From Fidelibacterota bacterium (GTDB lineage: Bacteria; Fidelibacterota; Marinisomatia; Marinisomatales; JABMOV01): a stretch of DNA of 16,170 nt. Both the position numbers and the translations under genes were made by a program. Positions 14,469 to 16,170 of the stretch are shown here, piece by piece (position 1 is the stretch's first letter; each line of letters opens with the position of its first letter). A model generated the notes under the pieces. That model was not told the DNA's origin. It searched no databases and saw only the letters and a list, made by a program, of their open reading frames with translations. Location of the stretch: NCBI GenBank assembly GCA_046861395.1, contig JBHHUC010000051.1, forward strand, positions 1 through 16,170, given 5' to 3'.

Positions 14469-16170
14469 ATGGCGAGACCTGTAAGGGTATTTCAGATTGC
14501 AAAGGAACTCAATATTTCCCATACGGAAATTTTATCGTTCCTAAAAGATAAAGGTGTGGAAATAGCTAGCCATATGTCTCCGGTTGATGAGGCAACTTAT
14601 CAACTTATTCTGGTCGAATTTGCAAAGGATAAAGAACGGGTCGACCGGTTTCGCAAGGAACAAGTACGACGGGAAATCCATGATACGCGGCGGCGGGAAC
14701 GCCAGGCCGGACCACAACGCCTGAAACTATTATCCCTGGACGAACAGCGCGCCATAGAAGATAGGGAAAAAGAGGAGCAAAAACTGCGTCAGGCGGAAGA
14801 AGAAAAGCAGCGCATAGAAGAGGAAAAACGTCGTGCCGAAGAAGAAGCCCGGCAGAAGGAATTATCGGTAGCTCAGAAGCGGGAGGAAGAAGAACGCCGG
14901 AAACGAGAAGAAGAAGTGCGTAAAAAGGCCAAGGAGGAGAAAGCCAGGGCTGACAAGCCAGCAAAGGTCAAATCCAAAAAACAAAAATTACGGAAAATAT
15001 CCTTATCGGAGATCCAAACGGCTGTAGGCCAGGGGAAACGGCAACAGAGCCGACGAAAGGAAACCAAGGAGGATGAATCCGTAAGCAAGACGGCCCAGGA
15101 AAGGGTACGTCAAACTATGGCCAAGCTTGATAAGAAAAGTAAACGGAAAATACACCGTCGAGACCGGAAAAGCCTGGAAGAACCTCTGGGTGAAAACGAA
15201 CTGAAAAAGATGTCCATCGCTGAATTTTCCAGCGTCGATGAAATATCTAAATATTTCAATGTATCCTCCAGTGAGATTATTCAGAAATGTTTTTCCCTGG
15301 GAATTCTGGCTACCATTAATCAGAGACTTGAATGGGAAGTCATTGAACTACTGGCGGAAGAATATGGCTATATAGCCGAAAAAATTACCGATGTGGGTGA
15401 AGACTTATTCTCCCTGGAAGAATCGGAAGAAGATATAGAAAATGCCCAGGCCCGCGCTCCTGTCGTTACAATTATGGGTCATGTGGATCATGGTAAAACG
15501 TCCTTGCTGGACTTTATCCGCAAAACCAACGTAGTTGGTGGCGAATCCGGTGGAATTACCCAGCATATCGGAGCCTACAAGGTGGAGCTTGAGGATGGTA
15601 AATCCATTACCTTCTTGGATACACCAGGGCATGAAGCCTTTACGGCCATGCGGGCCCGGGGTGCTCAGGTAACAGATATTGTTGTATTGGTCGTTGCCGC
15701 CGATGATGCGGTAATGCCTCAGACCATTGAAGCAATTGACCACGCCCGCGCCGCGAATGTCCCCATGGTTGTAGCCATCAATAAAATGGATAAGCCCGGT
15801 GCAGATCCGGATAAGGTTAAGCGGGAATTATCAGAGCATAACGTTCTGGTGGAAGATTGGGGTGGGAAAGTGCAATCCATTCCCGTATCGGCAAAAACCG
15901 GTGACGGAATTGAAGATCTGATGAACGCCATTCTGATGGAAGCGGAATTATTGGAGTTGAAAGCCAACCGGGATACACTTGCCCGTGGCACGGTCATTGA
16001 CTCGCGTCTGGATAAGGGGCATGGCCCCGTGGCCACGGTTCTGATTCAAAAAGGAACCCTGCGCGTCGGTGATCCATTTATTTGCAGCGATTATGGCGGG
16101 AAAGTGCGTGCTATCATGAATGAACGAGGTCAGCGCATTGAGGAGGCTGGACCGTCCAGTGCCGTTCAGT
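14469..16170 (+). CDS. infB: Translation initiation factor IF-2, 3'-truncated by window edge
   Basis: Translated by hand from ATG 14469: [18 protein letters not shown] (IF2_N), a charged helical linker, then in-frame [58 protein letters not shown]. Confidence 0.98.
   Translation, partial: MARPVRVFQIAKELNISHTEILSFLKDKGVEIASHMSPVDEATYQLILVEFAKDKERVDRFRKEQVRREIHDTRRRERQAGPQRLKLLSLDEQRAIEDREKEEQKLRQAEEEKQRIEEEKRRAEEEARQKELSVAQKREEEERRKREEEVRKKAKEEKARADKPAKVKSKKQKLRKISLSEIQTAVGQGKRQQSRRKETKEDESVSKTAQERVRQTMAKLDKKSKRKIHRRDRKSLEEPLGENELKKMSIAEFSSVDEISKYFNVSSSEIIQKCFSLGILATINQRLEWEVIELLAEEYGYIAEKITDVGEDLFSLEESEEDIENAQARAPVVTIMGHVDHGKTSLLDFIRKTNVVGGESGGITQHIGAYKVELEDGKSITFLDTPGHEAFTAMRARGAQVTDIVVLVVAADDAVMPQTIEAIDHARAANVPMVVAINKMDKPGADPDKVKRELSEHNVLVEDWGGKVQSIPVSAKTGDGIEDLMNAILMEAELLELKANRDTLARGTVIDSRLDKGHGPVATVLIQKGTLRVGDPFICSDYGGKVRAIMNERGQRIEEAGPSSAVQ

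Noticed and set aside
14605..16036. Minus-strand ORFs in the apparently unannotated last 1.7 kb
   Set aside because: The region is infB on the + strand, omitted from the ORF track only because its stop is outside the window.
1..16170. CRISPR array, IS element, tandem DNA repeats or defence genes
   Set aside because: No spaced direct repeats, terminal inverted repeats, transposase or defence-type motifs were seen by eye. Intergenic gaps are all under ~100 nt apart from the tRNA region.

Overview
Gene-dense core-genome segment of a diderm bacterium. It looks like an FCB-superphylum lineage (possibly Ca. Marinimicrobia or similar); this is inferred from gene content and protein style, not from a database search. 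Order: 3' part of a long-chain acyl-CoA ligase, gpsA, a membrane-anchored zinc-ribbon protein, then an overlapping envelope cluster (lgt, secreted beta-propeller-like protein, 1090-aa outer-membrane beta-barrel with SprA-like motifs, short Omp85/TamA-like protein). These are followed by thiI on the minus strand, uvrC, tRNA-Arg(CCT), a membrane-anchored TPR protein, a rimP leader hairpin and rimP-nusA-infB (infB runs off the end and is missing from the ORF track). No mobile element, CRISPR or defence system was seen. The best candidate for an undescribed system is the lgt/propeller/large barrel/Omp85 cluster, a possible outer-membrane export or assembly module.
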